Below are positions 27,882-37,968 of a stretch of 64,000 bases of DNA, piece after piece. Each line of letters starts with the position of its first letter. The first letter of the stretch is position 1. Location of the stretch: NCBI GenBank assembly GCA_026014565.1, contig JAOZIB010000043.1, positions 5,854 through 69,853 on the forward strand, in the 5' to 3' direction. The translations under genes were made by a program, and so were the position numbers. This DNA is from Candidatus Bathyarchaeum sp. GTDB taxonomy: Archaea > Thermoproteota > Bathyarchaeia > Bathyarchaeales > Bathyarchaeaceae. The notes below the pieces were generated by a model, which made no database searches, was not told the origin of the DNA, and was given only the letters and a program-made list of their open reading frames with translations.

Positions 27882-29426
27882 TTAGCGTTCAATTATTTGT
27901 CCCAAATCTTCAAAGTTCAATTTGTTATGGAAGTAATCATGCAACAAAGCAGGAAGCTCAGAAAGGTTGCTACGCACTTGTTTCCAGCTATCGCGATCAC
28001 GCAAAGTTACCGTATCATTTTCAACGGTATCATAATCAACAGTTAGCCCCAACAGGTTACCGGCCTCATCTCCGCGAGCATATCGACGTCCAATAGAACC
28101 CGAAACGTCTTTAGTTACAGCAAAGCCTTCGTCCAGAAGCATGCGATAAACGGCTTCCGCTTTTTCAGGTAAGCCATCTTTGTTTACCAAGGGAAAAACG
28201 CTGATTTGAATAGGAGAAAGGTCACGCGGCAAACGCAACACTTTTCGTTTTCCTTTTGCAGTGTAAGCATACTCTAAAGCAACATACACCAGACGATCTA
28301 GTCCAAAACTTGGCTCTATAACATGGGGAATAAAGCGTCTGCCACCATCGTCAGACTCTTTGAAGGCAGTCAAGTCTACTCCACTTGCCTGCATATGCCT
28401 GCTGAGGTCAAAGTCAGTTCGATAGTTATGACCTGAAACTTCTGTCCAGCCCCAACGGTCCAAGTAGACTTCTTGGTCAAATCCTTCTTGAGAATAATGA
28501 GCTCGTTCATAATCCAGTTTTTCAATAAAGCGTTGCTTGTCTTCGGGAACACCCATTTCCACAAGAAAACGCTTAGCTTGAGCCATGAAATATGCTAGCC
28601 ATTCCTCTTTGATGATTCCCTGTGCCAGCGCATCTTTGATTTTAATTTCTACGGGCTCAGTAATTCCTTTGACCTTATTTTCTGCAAGTAGAAAACGCAA
28701 AGTTTCTTCGTGTACATCATTTAGTAACGGACACTTTTTGTCCTCAGGGTCCAAAAAGAATTCAATATCAATTATGGTAAATTCTCGCAGCCGCACTGGA
28801 CCCTGCCTAGGAGAAATCTCGTTACGAAGTGCACGTCCGATCTGGGCAACACCCAAAGGCAAACGATTTCGTGAACTTTCAAAGATTCGTTTAAATTCCA
28901 CAAAGATTCCCTGAGCAGCTTCAGGTCGACCGTAACCAATAGAGTCAGAGTAAGGTCCAATAGTTGTTTGGAACATGGTCATGATTTGTTCTGCTTTACT
29001 AAAAGTTCCCCCACATTCGGGGCATTTGATTTTGTAGTTTTCAATTTCGGTTACAACATTTTGTAGCGTTAATTTCTCAGTTTGGGTGTCTGTCATATTA
29101 GCAAATTCTTGCAACAAATGGTCAGCACGGAACTTGTTTTTGCATTTTTCACACTCTACAGTGGGTTCTTTGAAGTTTTCTACATGACCAGAAGCTTCCA
29201 AAACGTTTGCAGGCATGATAACTGGAGAATCAATTTCGACAATTCCAGAAGGTTGAAGATAGAATCGTCTGAATTTTTCTTCTAATCGTCGTTTAAGTAA
29301 AGAACCAAGAGGACCATAAGTAATGAATCCTCCAGAGCCTCCATATATTTCGTAGGAAGGCCAGAAATATCCCCGGCGTTTTCCCATTTCGCTTATTATT
29401 TCGTATTTATCTTTTGGGGGTTTCAT
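27882..29426 (-). CDS. glyS: glycine--tRNA ligase (archaeal/eukaryotic type)
   Basis: Class II motif 2 FRNEISPRQGPVRLREF and motif 3 region GLDRL. CxxC...CxxC insertion and a C-terminal anticodon-binding domain. Confidence 0.9.
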   Translation of the reverse strand: MKPPKDKYEIISEMGKRRGYFWPSYEIYGGSGGFITYGPLGSLLKRRLEEKFRRFYLQPSGIVEIDSPVIMPANVLEASGHVENFKEPTVECEKCKNKFRADHLLQEFANMTDTQTEKLTLQNVVTEIENYKIKCPECGGTFSKAEQIMTMFQTTIGPYSDSIGYGRPEAAQGIFVEFKRIFESSRNRLPLGVAQIGRALRNEISPRQGPVRLREFTIIDIEFFLDPEDKKCPLLNDVHEETLRFLLAENKVKGITEPVEIKIKDALAQGIIKEEWLAYFMAQAKRFLVEMGVPEDKQRFIEKLDYERAHYSQEGFDQEVYLDRWGWTEVSGHNYRTDFDLSRHMQASGVDLTAFKESDDGGRRFIPHVIEPSFGLDRLVYVALEYAYTAKGKRKVLRLPRDLSPIQISVFPLVNKDGLPEKAEAVYRMLLDEGFAVTKDVSGSIGRRYARGDEAGNLLGLTVDYDTVENDTVTLRDRDSWKQVRSNLSELPALLHDYFHNKLNFEDLGQIIER

Positions 29427-29490
29427 CTATTTGCGCTCCGCACATAATTAGGAATCTATAACGTTACAGTATTACAGAAATAAAAACTGT

Positions 29491-30597
29491 TCATTCCAAC
29501 TTAGCCAACTCAGCCTCAAAGCGTTCCTTCATGTGATTTTTCTTGGCTAACTCGGCTTTCACCTTGTCAATTATTTTTACTGGTGTGGGATCTTTGTTCT
29601 GTAGAAGCGCAAGATACACGCTAACATAATCCCCAAGACACAAAACAGAAAACATTTTTGCTAGTTTGCTTTGCCCTTTTGCGGTTATTTCTGTAGCACT
29701 TTTTGCTTTATTGAAAACCAACTCAGCAGTAGTTTCGATTCGATTTTTTATTTCCGGAGGTTCATCAGGGTCACGAATAAGAAAAACTGAAAGCTTTTCT
29801 AGCAAATCCGTTGGGGCGTCGTAACCTACAGTTTCATTATGGTTTAGCTCAGGAAAAGTTTCAGATTTACTGGGAACTTTACTGTTCTCGTTGAACTGAG
29901 CTTTGATCCGATGGGCAACACTATTGTATTGTCTGAACCCGTAGATCACAGGAATTGTATTCAGAATGTTTTGGGCGATTGTTTTTGCTTTATTGTCTTT
30001 AATGGGCAGTTCTAACCCATTTTCTTGGGATATTGTAGCAATTATTTCAATTGTCTCTTCCAATTCTGTTTCAACATTTGAAATGACCCCAATTTTCTCC
30101 AAGAGAACTGCAAACGGAAAAAACAAGTAAGGAAGTGCAGCACGAGGTTGAAGACCAGTGGGTACCAAAACATGGGGCACATTATGTTTTTTGCAAAACT
30201 CACCTAATAACCCACCAGAAGTTATTGCAAGAATTGTGCATTTTTTTTGCTTTGCAGACAAAAAGGCAGTCAGCGTTTCTTCGGTGTTTCCAGAATAACT
30301 ATTTGCAACAACTAACGTGTTATTATTCACGTAAGCGGGAAGAACGTAATCTCGGCACACTTCAATAGAAATCGGGATTTTGTCACTTAACCAATCTTTA
30401 AGGAGCTCTCCACCAATGGCCGAACCCCCCATGCCGACAACAACAATATTTTGCGGTTTAACATTCTTGGAAACTGTTACTTGCTTTGCCCGTTTTATGG
30501 CGTCTTTACAGTAATCAGAGGTTTTTAGCAAATCACCAAGCATGTCACTTTTGTCAATTCTACGAATTTTAGTTGGATCATCTAAAACAGTAACCAC
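29491..30597 (-). CDS. bifunctional phosphoglucose/phosphomannose isomerase (SIS domain)
   Basis: VVVGMGGSAIGG and SYSGNTEET SIS motifs. Length about 368 aa. Confidence 0.8.
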   Translation of the reverse strand: MVTVLDDPTKIRRIDKSDMLGDLLKTSDYCKDAIKRAKQVTVSKNVKPQNIVVVGMGGSAIGGELLKDWLSDKIPISIEVCRDYVLPAYVNNNTLVVANSYSGNTEETLTAFLSAKQKKCTILAITSGGLLGEFCKKHNVPHVLVPTGLQPRAALPYLFFPFAVLLEKIGVISNVETELEETIEIIATISQENGLELPIKDNKAKTIAQNILNTIPVIYGFRQYNSVAHRIKAQFNENSKVPSKSETFPELNHNETVGYDAPTDLLEKLSVFLIRDPDEPPEIKNRIETTAELVFNKAKSATEITAKGQSKLAKMFSVLCLGDYVSVYLALLQNKDPTPVKIIDKVKAELAKKNHMKERFEAELAKLE

Positions 30598-30664
30598 ACA
30601 AGCTCACCTCAAATTGAACAACATGATTCAATGGAAAAAGGGTTCTTTGCTTAAATTAGGTTTC

Positions 30665-32251
30665 CTACGGGTTATCGTTTTTTTGTTGGGATTTAGCAAT
30701 CTTTTCTATTGGATAAAACAAAACATCAAAAATAATAGCCAGATGACCAAGACTTTTCACGGCGTCTTTTAGAATTTTTATGTCAACATAGTTTATTGCA
30801 CCTACCAATGGGGCAACAATAACATAAGTTCCCAGAAAAATGGGAATACCAACCAACAAACCAACCCAACTTGTAAGATTTAATTGACTATTCACAAAAT
30901 ACGTTATAAATGCTGAAAATGCAGAAATCCCCAAAATTTTAATTGCTGAAACCCAATCTACTGTTGCATTGTAATTTTTGTTTATCCACCATAACGAAAT
31001 AATTATTCCAGGCAATCCAGAAAACACATGGGCAGCCAGTAACCCAAAAACATGAAAAGTAGGAACCAAAACTAAGCATAAAACAACACCAAGTATGAAA
31101 GTTAATATTGTGATTTTCATGTTAACTTGAGTTTTTCCTTGACTATTTATCAAAGAACCCACACTGAGATTTCCAATTGCAGAATACAAGAAAATCAACA
31201 CATACAACGACAAAAACATCGGAGTGAACTCAAATCTATCCTGAAACAGCGATTCTACTCCAGGAGCAGATAACGCAATTACAGCAAATACTAAGGGCAC
31301 AATCAGAAGTGAAGAGTATTTAACAGAGTACTGAAACACATTACGAATTGTTTGGGGTTCATATTGACCTTGAATTTTTGAAAAAGTCGGAAACATTATA
31401 GTGACAACTGAACTTGCAAAAACGGAAACCAACATCCCAAACTTGATTGCCATATCATAGTTGCTTATCATCAGGTCACTTGTATAAATGGCAGTAAGAA
31501 AAACAAAAAATTGAGCCAAAATCCCAGTCAGCATTGTTGATATTGAAAGGGGCAAACCAAAAGTCACCAAGGTTTTTATCGTGGATAAAAACTCGACGTG
31601 ATAGTTTTGGTTTCGAAGTTTCGTTAGAATTGTTAAATAAAAAAGTGCTACACTGACCAAAGCAGCAGCAATATAACCAATTATTTGTCCGATTACTGCG
31701 CCATATGCTCCAAAACGCAAAACAACTAAAAGAACCATCACAAAAGTCTTCAATATGGCTTGAATTACCAAAGTTAGACTGCGTAGCGCCATTTTTTCAT
31801 AGCCCATAAACACAGATTGAACCGTTTTAAGAAGACCGTCTGCAAGTATCATAAGTGACGCTATCTGAATTAGGGGCACTATAGTTGGTCTGCCCAGTAT
31901 GTTTGCCATTACTCCAGACAGAAGAAAAGAAGCTACCGTGAAAACTACTCCAAGTATGAGTTCAAACCTTATTCCAACAACAATTAAATTCTTTAATTTT
32001 TCAGTCCGATTTTCTGTACGGAATTGTGTTGCATACTTTACTAGGGCATCGTTAATACCTAAATCTCGAATGAAGGTAATCATTGTTGGGCCACTAAGAG
32101 CAATTGAAACCAGACCCACATCATCTTGAGAAAGAGTATTTCCAATAATTACAGTTGAAACTGCACTGATGATTGCAGAAAGAACCATACCCCAAAGTAT
32201 GTTAAATCCACCTCGTGCTGAACTTTGGGCTAGGTTTGATGATTTACTCAA
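30665..32251 (-). CDS. MOP-superfamily flippase (Wzx-like polysaccharide/oligosaccharide transporter)
   Basis: 528 aa, about 14 TM helices, with the pattern of the polysaccharide-biosynthesis-protein family. Confidence 0.75.
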   Translation of the reverse strand: MSKSSNLAQSSARGGFNILWGMVLSAIISAVSTVIIGNTLSQDDVGLVSIALSGPTMITFIRDLGINDALVKYATQFRTENRTEKLKNLIVVGIRFELILGVVFTVASFLLSGVMANILGRPTIVPLIQIASLMILADGLLKTVQSVFMGYEKMALRSLTLVIQAILKTFVMVLLVVLRFGAYGAVIGQIIGYIAAALVSVALFYLTILTKLRNQNYHVEFLSTIKTLVTFGLPLSISTMLTGILAQFFVFLTAIYTSDLMISNYDMAIKFGMLVSVFASSVVTIMFPTFSKIQGQYEPQTIRNVFQYSVKYSSLLIVPLVFAVIALSAPGVESLFQDRFEFTPMFLSLYVLIFLYSAIGNLSVGSLINSQGKTQVNMKITILTFILGVVLCLVLVPTFHVFGLLAAHVFSGLPGIIISLWWINKNYNATVDWVSAIKILGISAFSAFITYFVNSQLNLTSWVGLLVGIPIFLGTYVIVAPLVGAINYVDIKILKDAVKSLGHLAIIFDVLFYPIEKIAKSQQKNDNP

Positions 32252-32342
32252 TAAGTTTATCGTCCAGTTAAAAGTTGATGACTGGTCAAATGAAATGATT
32301 TATAATGGTAGTTCTCACAAATATATTTACCAATAATTCTCC

Positions 32343-33188
32343 TTATTTTTTTGAGTTTAGAAGTTCAAGAATTTGTTTTCTTGCCTGACCGATAGTAAGG
32401 GGAAGTGTCCTATCAATTGGAAGTTTATCTTCGCTACGCAAGATTTCAAAAAGATGGGTAAGGCGAGGTGAGCGCAAATTTACATCTCGAATCAGTTTAG
32501 CATTAGAAAAGATTTCGTTAGGTGAGCCTTCAACCACAATTTTGCTTTTACTAAGAATACAAACTTTATTTGCAAACAAAGGTACCATGTCCACATCATG
32601 GGTTGCCATTATCAACGTTATTCCAGATTCTTTGTTTAGCTTCAAAAGCAAATGCAGTATCTCACTGGAGGCCCGGGGATCCAAATTGGAGGTGGGTTCA
32701 TCCATTACAATTACTTCAGGATGCATAGCAAGAACCCCCGCCAAAGCAACTCGTTTTTTTTGACCTAAACTCAGAAAATGGGGCGGTTTATCAACAAACT
32801 TGGTCATGCCTACAATCTCTAGGGCTTCGTTAACTGAAGCTTTTATCTCATCAGGAGGCATTCCAAGGTTTAGTGGCCCAAAAGCTACGTCTTGTTTTAC
32901 TGTTGGAGCAAAGAGTTGGTCGTTGGGGTCTTGAAAAACGTATCCAACTCGTTTTCGGAGGCTACGTAAGGAATCAGATTTGTAGTCTAGGGGTTTATCT
33001 TCAAAGTAAACTGTTCCTGAAGTTGGTTCCAGTATGCCGTTCAAGTGTAAAAGAAGCGTAGTTTTTCCGGAACCATTGGTACCTAGAAGGGCTGTTCGAT
33101 CTCCTTTAGCGAAACAAGTTGTTGCGTTGTTGAGGGCAAGGGTTCCGTCATCGTATTTGTGGGAAACATGTTCTAAACGGAACGACAT
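32343..33188 (-). CDS. cbiO: ECF transporter ATPase (cobalt)
   Basis: Walker A GTNGSGKTT, signature LSLGQKKRVA, Walker B IVMDEPTSNLD. Last gene of cbiMNQO. Confidence 0.85.
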   Translation of the reverse strand: MSFRLEHVSHKYDDGTLALNNATTCFAKGDRTALLGTNGSGKTTLLLHLNGILEPTSGTVYFEDKPLDYKSDSLRSLRKRVGYVFQDPNDQLFAPTVKQDVAFGPLNLGMPPDEIKASVNEALEIVGMTKFVDKPPHFLSLGQKKRVALAGVLAMHPEVIVMDEPTSNLDPRASSEILHLLLKLNKESGITLIMATHDVDMVPLFANKVCILSKSKIVVEGSPNEIFSNAKLIRDVNLRSPRLTHLFEILRSEDKLPIDRTLPLTIGQARKQILELLNSKK

Positions 33189-33189
33189 T

Positions 33190-33993
33190 TTATGTTAACA
33201 AACTCCATTGTGATGGTAATAAGACTGAGACCAGTATCAACAGGACATCAAAAAAAAGGATTCCGATAATCAACTCAAATCGTGGATGCGGCAAATCGTC
33301 GAGAGTTCTGATTTCGCCGTCATATCCTCTTGCACTCATTGCGGTGAAGGTCCGTTCGCCTTGTTCAAGGGTTCTAATAAACAAGTTTCCAGCAAGTAAG
33401 GCTGTTGATTTTATTTTGATTATCCAGTTTGTGTTTCCCAGGCGCATGTCTTGAGCGGTGTTCATTTGTGATGCAATTTCTAACAAAACAAAAATGTAAC
33501 GATATATCAGCAGCGACATTTCAACTAAAATCAAAGGAACGTGAAGTCTTCGTAAAGTAATCAACATGTCAGTTACTGGAGTTGTTAAAACAAGAAAATA
33601 CAGACAAGAAAGCCCTCCAGCTACGCGCAAAAAGGTCGAAACAGCCATTGCAACGCCACTTTTGAAAATTGTCCAAGTAAACCAAGGAGTGGAGATTTCT
33701 GTTAGGGGTTCTCCGTAACCAAAGAAAAGAGCAATTAGTACACAACTTAACAGGGCTGTTGCAAGGGGGTACAACAACATTTTCCAGTAAAACTTAGCAG
33801 AAATTTTTGCGTACACTAAAAGTAATGTAGTGTTCATGAAAAAAACAAAAAAAGGTACTATTTGGGATTGTGCCGCTACACAGATCACAAGCACAGATAG
33901 GGCAAACAAGAGTTTAGTTGCTGCTGATGTGTTAGCTAGATTGTTAGTATACGCGTATCTGTCTACACGTGCACCAATTTGACCGAAGGGCAT
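33190..33993 (-). CDS. cbiQ: ECF transporter T component
   Basis: Multi-TM protein with the conserved SARGYDG motif. Ends 2 nt before the cbiO start. Confidence 0.8.
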   Translation of the reverse strand: MPFGQIGARVDRYAYTNNLANTSAATKLLFALSVLVICVAAQSQIVPFFVFFMNTTLLLVYAKISAKFYWKMLLYPLATALLSCVLIALFFGYGEPLTEISTPWFTWTIFKSGVAMAVSTFLRVAGGLSCLYFLVLTTPVTDMLITLRRLHVPLILVEMSLLIYRYIFVLLEIASQMNTAQDMRLGNTNWIIKIKSTALLAGNLFIRTLEQGERTFTAMSARGYDGEIRTLDDLPHPRFELIIGILFFDVLLILVSVLLPSQWSLLT

Positions 33994-34019
33994 ATGTTGT
34001 ATTCTCTAGTTGCAGATAT

Positions 34020-34301
34020 TTAATCTGTGTCTTCTCGTGGGGCTCGTTTCCCTTTTTCGTACCCAATAAAGTAACCAATAATAATTGCACCAATTGCTGC
34101 TTGGGATACGAACAACAGGCTTTCAATTTCTCCGCTGGGGGGTTCCCAAATGGATTCAAACCATGGTTCATAACCTGTTTCAGAGATCAGGTCTTCTGCT
34201 GCGCCGTCTGCACCACCATATTCTGCATCAGGAACCAAAACTAAAGGCAACAGAACCAACACAAGAACTGCTGCCAACAGTATAATGTGTTTAGTTTCCA
34301 T
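34020..34301 (-). CDS. cbiN: cobalt transport protein CbiN
   Basis: 93 aa, two TM helices flanking an acidic loop (EYGGADG...EPWF). Confidence 0.8.
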   Translation of the reverse strand: METKHIILLAAVLVLVLLPLVLVPDAEYGGADGAAEDLISETGYEPWFESIWEPPSGEIESLLFVSQAAIGAIIIGYFIGYEKGKRAPREDTD

Positions 34302-34304
34302 TTT

Positions 34305-34988
34305 CTAGTCACCTCGTTTCAGAGCTGAAGGCAAATTAATCGTCCCGATTGTGCTCAGAAGTTTTCCTTTATACTTTACCAAGAAATCAAATAAGAACAC
34401 TGCCAAGATTCCTTCTGCAATTGCCAGAGGAATTTGTGTTACAGCAAATACTGTTCCAAATTTTGCGAAAGCATCAATAAAACCAGCAGATGTTGGAAAC
34501 GCCAAAGCAAGCTGTACTGAAGTAGCAACATAGGTTAACAAGTCGCCTAGCGCAACTGCAAGAAACACACCAAAGGAACTGTTTACTTTTGCTTTTTTAC
34601 AGATTGTCCAAGTTCCATATGCTACGATGGGACCTACAATTCCCATTGATACAACGTTAGCTCCCAAGGTGGTTAAACCGCCGTGTGCCAGAAGCAGGGC
34701 TTGAAAAACTAATACTATCATTGATAGAACTGCAGCGATTGCAGGTCCAAAGATTACAGCTGCAAGACCAGAACCTGTTGGGTGTGAACAACTACCCGTT
34801 ACGGACGGGAGTTTCAAAGCAGATAACACAAAGATGAATGCGCCAACTAGTGCAAGAAGTGGTTTTGTTTTGGGATTATTTTTTGTGACAAAAGAGATTC
34901 GGTAAATCCCATAGATTTCTATGGGTATCATTATTGCCATCCAAAGTTCCCACCAAGGGCTTGGCAGGAATCCTTCCATTATATGCAT
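34305..34988 (-). CDS. cbiM: cobalt ECF substrate-capture component CbiM
   Basis: Begins MHIMEGFLP, the CbiM/NikM N-terminal metal-binding motif. 7 TM helices. Confidence 0.9.
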   Translation of the reverse strand: MHIMEGFLPSPWWELWMAIMIPIEIYGIYRISFVTKNNPKTKPLLALVGAFIFVLSALKLPSVTGSCSHPTGSGLAAVIFGPAIAAVLSMIVLVFQALLLAHGGLTTLGANVVSMGIVGPIVAYGTWTICKKAKVNSSFGVFLAVALGDLLTYVATSVQLALAFPTSAGFIDAFAKFGTVFAVTQIPLAIAEGILAVFLFDFLVKYKGKLLSTIGTINLPSALKRGD

Positions 34989-35037
34989 AAGTTAATCACT
35001 ATTTTGGATAAGCCATCCAATTATTTATAACATTTTT

Positions 35038-35053
35038 TTCAACTAAAGTTGAA
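35038..35053. promoter_or_regulatory. palindrome TTCAAC-TAAA-GTTGAA upstream of the cbiM TATA-like box
   Basis: 6-bp perfect arms. A TATA-like TTATAAATAA (minus sense, 35021-35030) lies between it and the cbiM ATG at 34988. Confidence 0.3.
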
Positions 35054-35121
35054 TAGGGGTTGATTTAAGTTGGCTTTTGAAATATTAATTATTTTCAATT
35101 AATATACATAATCTCATGATT

Positions 35122-35538
35122 CTACAACGATTTTGCTAAGTTCGCTACCTTACTTTTTATTCTGTCGAACTCTTTTGAGGCTTGTTTGTAAGGAAGTTTG
35201 TAAGGGTCGTTGATGTGCCAAACTACAACTTTTTCAGTGCATTCCGGAGATTGGTTCACGATAGCTTTTTCGTGTTCTTCTTCCATTGCTACGATAAGAT
35301 TATAGTCAGGCAAGTTCTTGGAGGCAATTCCATCGGGAACTTTTTTCAAAAAGTCTGTTACTCCTTCTTGTTCTGCGTATCGGCGAGTTAAATCTACAAC
35401 TTTATAGTAAGGATAGGTTCCAGCAGAATCAACTTCAACATCAGGTCGCAGTTTTTTCAATAAAGCATCCGCCAAGGGACTTCTGCAAGCATTTCCAGAA
35501 CAAACAAACAGTATTTTCACACTATGCACCGTCAACAT
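35122..35538 (-). CDS. low-molecular-weight phosphotyrosine phosphatase / ArsC-like
   Basis: P-loop CSGNACRS (C-X5-R-S) near the N-terminus. About 138 aa. Confidence 0.8.
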   Translation of the reverse strand: MLTVHSVKILFVCSGNACRSPLADALLKKLRPDVEVDSAGTYPYYKVVDLTRRYAEQEGVTDFLKKVPDGIASKNLPDYNLIVAMEEEHEKAIVNQSPECTEKVVVWHINDPYKLPYKQASKEFDRIKSKVANLAKSL

Positions 35539-35583
35539 TCCAGATTGTAAGCTACGCAGAATCTAATAAACCATGATTTTTGA

Positions 35584-36321
35584 TTAGGGAAATACTAAAT
35601 TGAAGTTGTTTGTTTGGTCTATTTCGATGGTGCCATTTTCTAAGGTGAACTCTAACAAGTGTCCACCCGCAGAAAAATCATCAGTTATTAAATGCAAATG
35701 AAATCCCGCAAAGTCAACGCCGTCCATGCTGTTTGGGAACCAAAAACCCACTGCAGTAGCAGAAACATTGTTCAAATTAAAAACTGACTGGTTTTTTACG
35801 ACTTCTTCGATTGAGGGATAGGGCTTAGTTTGTGCGGGAACACTTCGAGTTGTTGCGGTAACGTAGTTTCCGCTTATTTTTATTGCATATATGGCATTCT
35901 CTGTTGACATAAGGTTTTGAATTAATGGTTGAACATCAGAATAGTTGACTGGACCAGTTAGAGTTTCAGTGGTATCTGCTTCAAAAAAAGTAACCGTTGC
36001 ATAAGGAGCAGTCATACTGGCGTCAACTTTTTTTGGGTTTCCATCAAAAGGAATCTGATAAAAAACGCCGTCTAATGCAATCATTTCGCCATCCAATTTA
36101 TCGAACGTACCGATGCCAAAGTCTCCATGTTCAGCTAGTTCCTTGTAAGTCATATATCCGTCATAATTTCCCATAGAAAAAGTGTTAAAGGTTTCAAGTT
36201 GAAACAAAGTTTCTGTATCAGCGTTGCTGTTTGGTTGATTGGACCAAAGAACATAGAAAGCGCTAGAAAAAATTACAGTTACAAGAACTAAACATACAAC
36301 AAAAAGCCATCTGTTTTTCAA
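35584..36321 (-). CDS. alpha-acetolactate decarboxylase family protein with N-terminal TM/signal anchor
   Basis: LFQLETFNTFSMGNYDG...GDFGIGTFDKLDGEMIALDGVFYQI matches the ALDC family pattern. The N-terminus WLFVVCLVLVTVIFSSAFYVLW is hydrophobic. Confidence 0.7.
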   Translation of the reverse strand: MKNRWLFVVCLVLVTVIFSSAFYVLWSNQPNSNADTETLFQLETFNTFSMGNYDGYMTYKELAEHGDFGIGTFDKLDGEMIALDGVFYQIPFDGNPKKVDASMTAPYATVTFFEADTTETLTGPVNYSDVQPLIQNLMSTENAIYAIKISGNYVTATTRSVPAQTKPYPSIEEVVKNQSVFNLNNVSATAVGFWFPNSMDGVDFAGFHLHLITDDFSAGGHLLEFTLENGTIEIDQTNNFNLVFP

Positions 36322-36439
36322 TTAACCTTGCCCTCAAATTCAATGTTTTGTTTGAAGAAATATATTTCTTTTTGTGCTAAAAAAATGAATGATATATTAA
36401 CCTAGTTTACAACTATACTAGATAACTTGGTGAACATCA

Positions 36440-37603
36440 ATGAAAGTGGGCACGCTAACCTGGGAATACCCTCCAAGAGTAGTTGGAGGAATCGCCCGCC
36501 ACTGTGAAGGTTTAGCAAAAGCCCTTGTTAAACAAAAGCATGATGTTCACTTGTTTACCCTTGATTTTCCTGGTGCACCTAATTACGAAGAAATGGACGG
36601 CATCAAAGTATACCGAGCCTCCACAGAATTGGGTCACCCGAACTTTTTGACATGGGTTTTGATGTTTAACCACTTTTTGTCAAAACGAATGGCTGATGTT
36701 ACCAAAACTGTTGACTTTGACGTAATGCATGTCCACGACTGGCTTGCAGCATTTTCTGGAATTTCCTTCAAACATTACATGAAAAAACCCACCATACTAA
36801 CAATGCACAGCACTGAAGTCGGCAGAGCACAAGGACTCCATAGCCCTGACTCATTTTCCATCAACGGAATAGAATGGTGGGCAACCTACGAAGCCGACCG
36901 CGTAATAGTTTGCAGCCATTCCATGAAAGACGAAATCTGCAACCATTTTAACCTGCCCCGAGAGAAAGTGGATATCATCCCCAACGCCATTGACGCATCA
37001 AAGTATGATATTCCTGTTGACAAGGGTGAAATAAGGCAACGTTATGGAGTGGATTGGGGCGAAAAGCTAATTCTGTGTGTGGGACGTTTAGTTCCACAAA
37101 AAGGAGTGGAATACTTTATTCGCTCAATCCCTCTTATTGCTAAAAAGTATCCCGAAGCAAAATTCATCATAGTTGGTGAGGGTTGGTCACGGGATCTGCT
37201 AGAAGAAGAAGCACGTTCCAGTGGACATGCAAACAAGATTACTTTTACAGGGTTCGCTTCCGATAAACAAGTAATCGAATTAATGACCAGCGCCGATGTG
37301 TTGGTTGTGCCTTCTATTTATGAGCCCTTTGGAATAGTGGCATTAGAAGGAATGGCAACAGGAGTTCCAGTTGTTGCGAGCCAAGTTGGTGGTTTAGCAG
37401 AAGTAATAGACCACGACAAAACTGGAGTTTTTGTTTATCCCAGAAGTCCAGAATCACTTGCTTGGGGGATTGATAAAGTGCTTTATGACCCCGACCATGC
37501 CAAGTTTTTAACGAAAAACGCTAAAGAGAAGCTCCACAAGGCTTATAGTTGGGAAGCAGTAGCTATGAAAACTGTTGAGGTTTACAAAAAGGTGGTGGAA
37601 TAA
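36440..37603 (+). CDS. GT4-type glycosyltransferase (glycogen-synthase-like)
   Basis: N-terminal YPPRVVGGIARHCEGLA and C-terminal EPFGIVALEGMATGVPVV. GGTGA SD 8 nt upstream. Confidence 0.8.
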   Translation: MKVGTLTWEYPPRVVGGIARHCEGLAKALVKQKHDVHLFTLDFPGAPNYEEMDGIKVYRASTELGHPNFLTWVLMFNHFLSKRMADVTKTVDFDVMHVHDWLAAFSGISFKHYMKKPTILTMHSTEVGRAQGLHSPDSFSINGIEWWATYEADRVIVCSHSMKDEICNHFNLPREKVDIIPNAIDASKYDIPVDKGEIRQRYGVDWGEKLILCVGRLVPQKGVEYFIRSIPLIAKKYPEAKFIIVGEGWSRDLLEEEARSSGHANKITFTGFASDKQVIELMTSADVLVVPSIYEPFGIVALEGMATGVPVVASQVGGLAEVIDHDKTGVFVYPRSPESLAWGIDKVLYDPDHAKFLTKNAKEKLHKAYSWEAVAMKTVEVYKKVVE

Positions 37604-37879
37604 ATGGGCGAAAACCATTCTTTTCGGTCACAAGCAGACGAGCAGCCCAATCAACTACGCCTTCTGATTATGCTTCATAACATAGGTGCAACTGAAGAAA
37701 AAAAGGCATTAGCCTTAAATCAAATTGCTGAATGGACACGTATGGACACCAACGAACTGCAAGGTCACATTCAAAAACTCATTGAACTCGGATATGCTCA
37801 ATGTTTCCATTGGGATGAAACTGATAAGTACTACCTAACAACTGACGGTATTAGAAAAGTCTTAAGCTTATACAGCTAA
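37604..37879 (+). CDS. small wHTH protein, translationally coupled to the upstream glycosyltransferase
   Basis: The ATG immediately follows the TAA of the upstream gene. LNQIAEWTRMDTNELQGHIQKLIELGY...YYLTTDG has a winged-helix pattern. Confidence 0.55.
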   Translation: MGENHSFRSQADEQPNQLRLLIMLHNIGATEEKKALALNQIAEWTRMDTNELQGHIQKLIELGYAQCFHWDETDKYYLTTDGIRKVLSLYS

Positions 37880-37921
37880 AAGTCAAATCTGAATAACTAA
37901 ACCAACAAATCGATTCAGCAG

Positions 37922-37957
37922 ATGAACATTTCATGTTCATAGATTGTCATGTTTTTT
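37922..37957. terminator. hairpin plus T-run between convergent genes
   Basis: ATGAACAT-TTC-ATGTTCAT (8-bp perfect stem), followed by a T6 run at 37952-37957. Confidence 0.45.
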
Positions 37958-37968
37958 CCGAGTACATG

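Noticed and set aside
33944-34285. ORFs of 66-91 aa overlapping the cbiQ/cbiN junction on both strands.
   Set aside because: They overlap well-supported cbiN and cbiQ genes and have no motifs. These are shadow frames.
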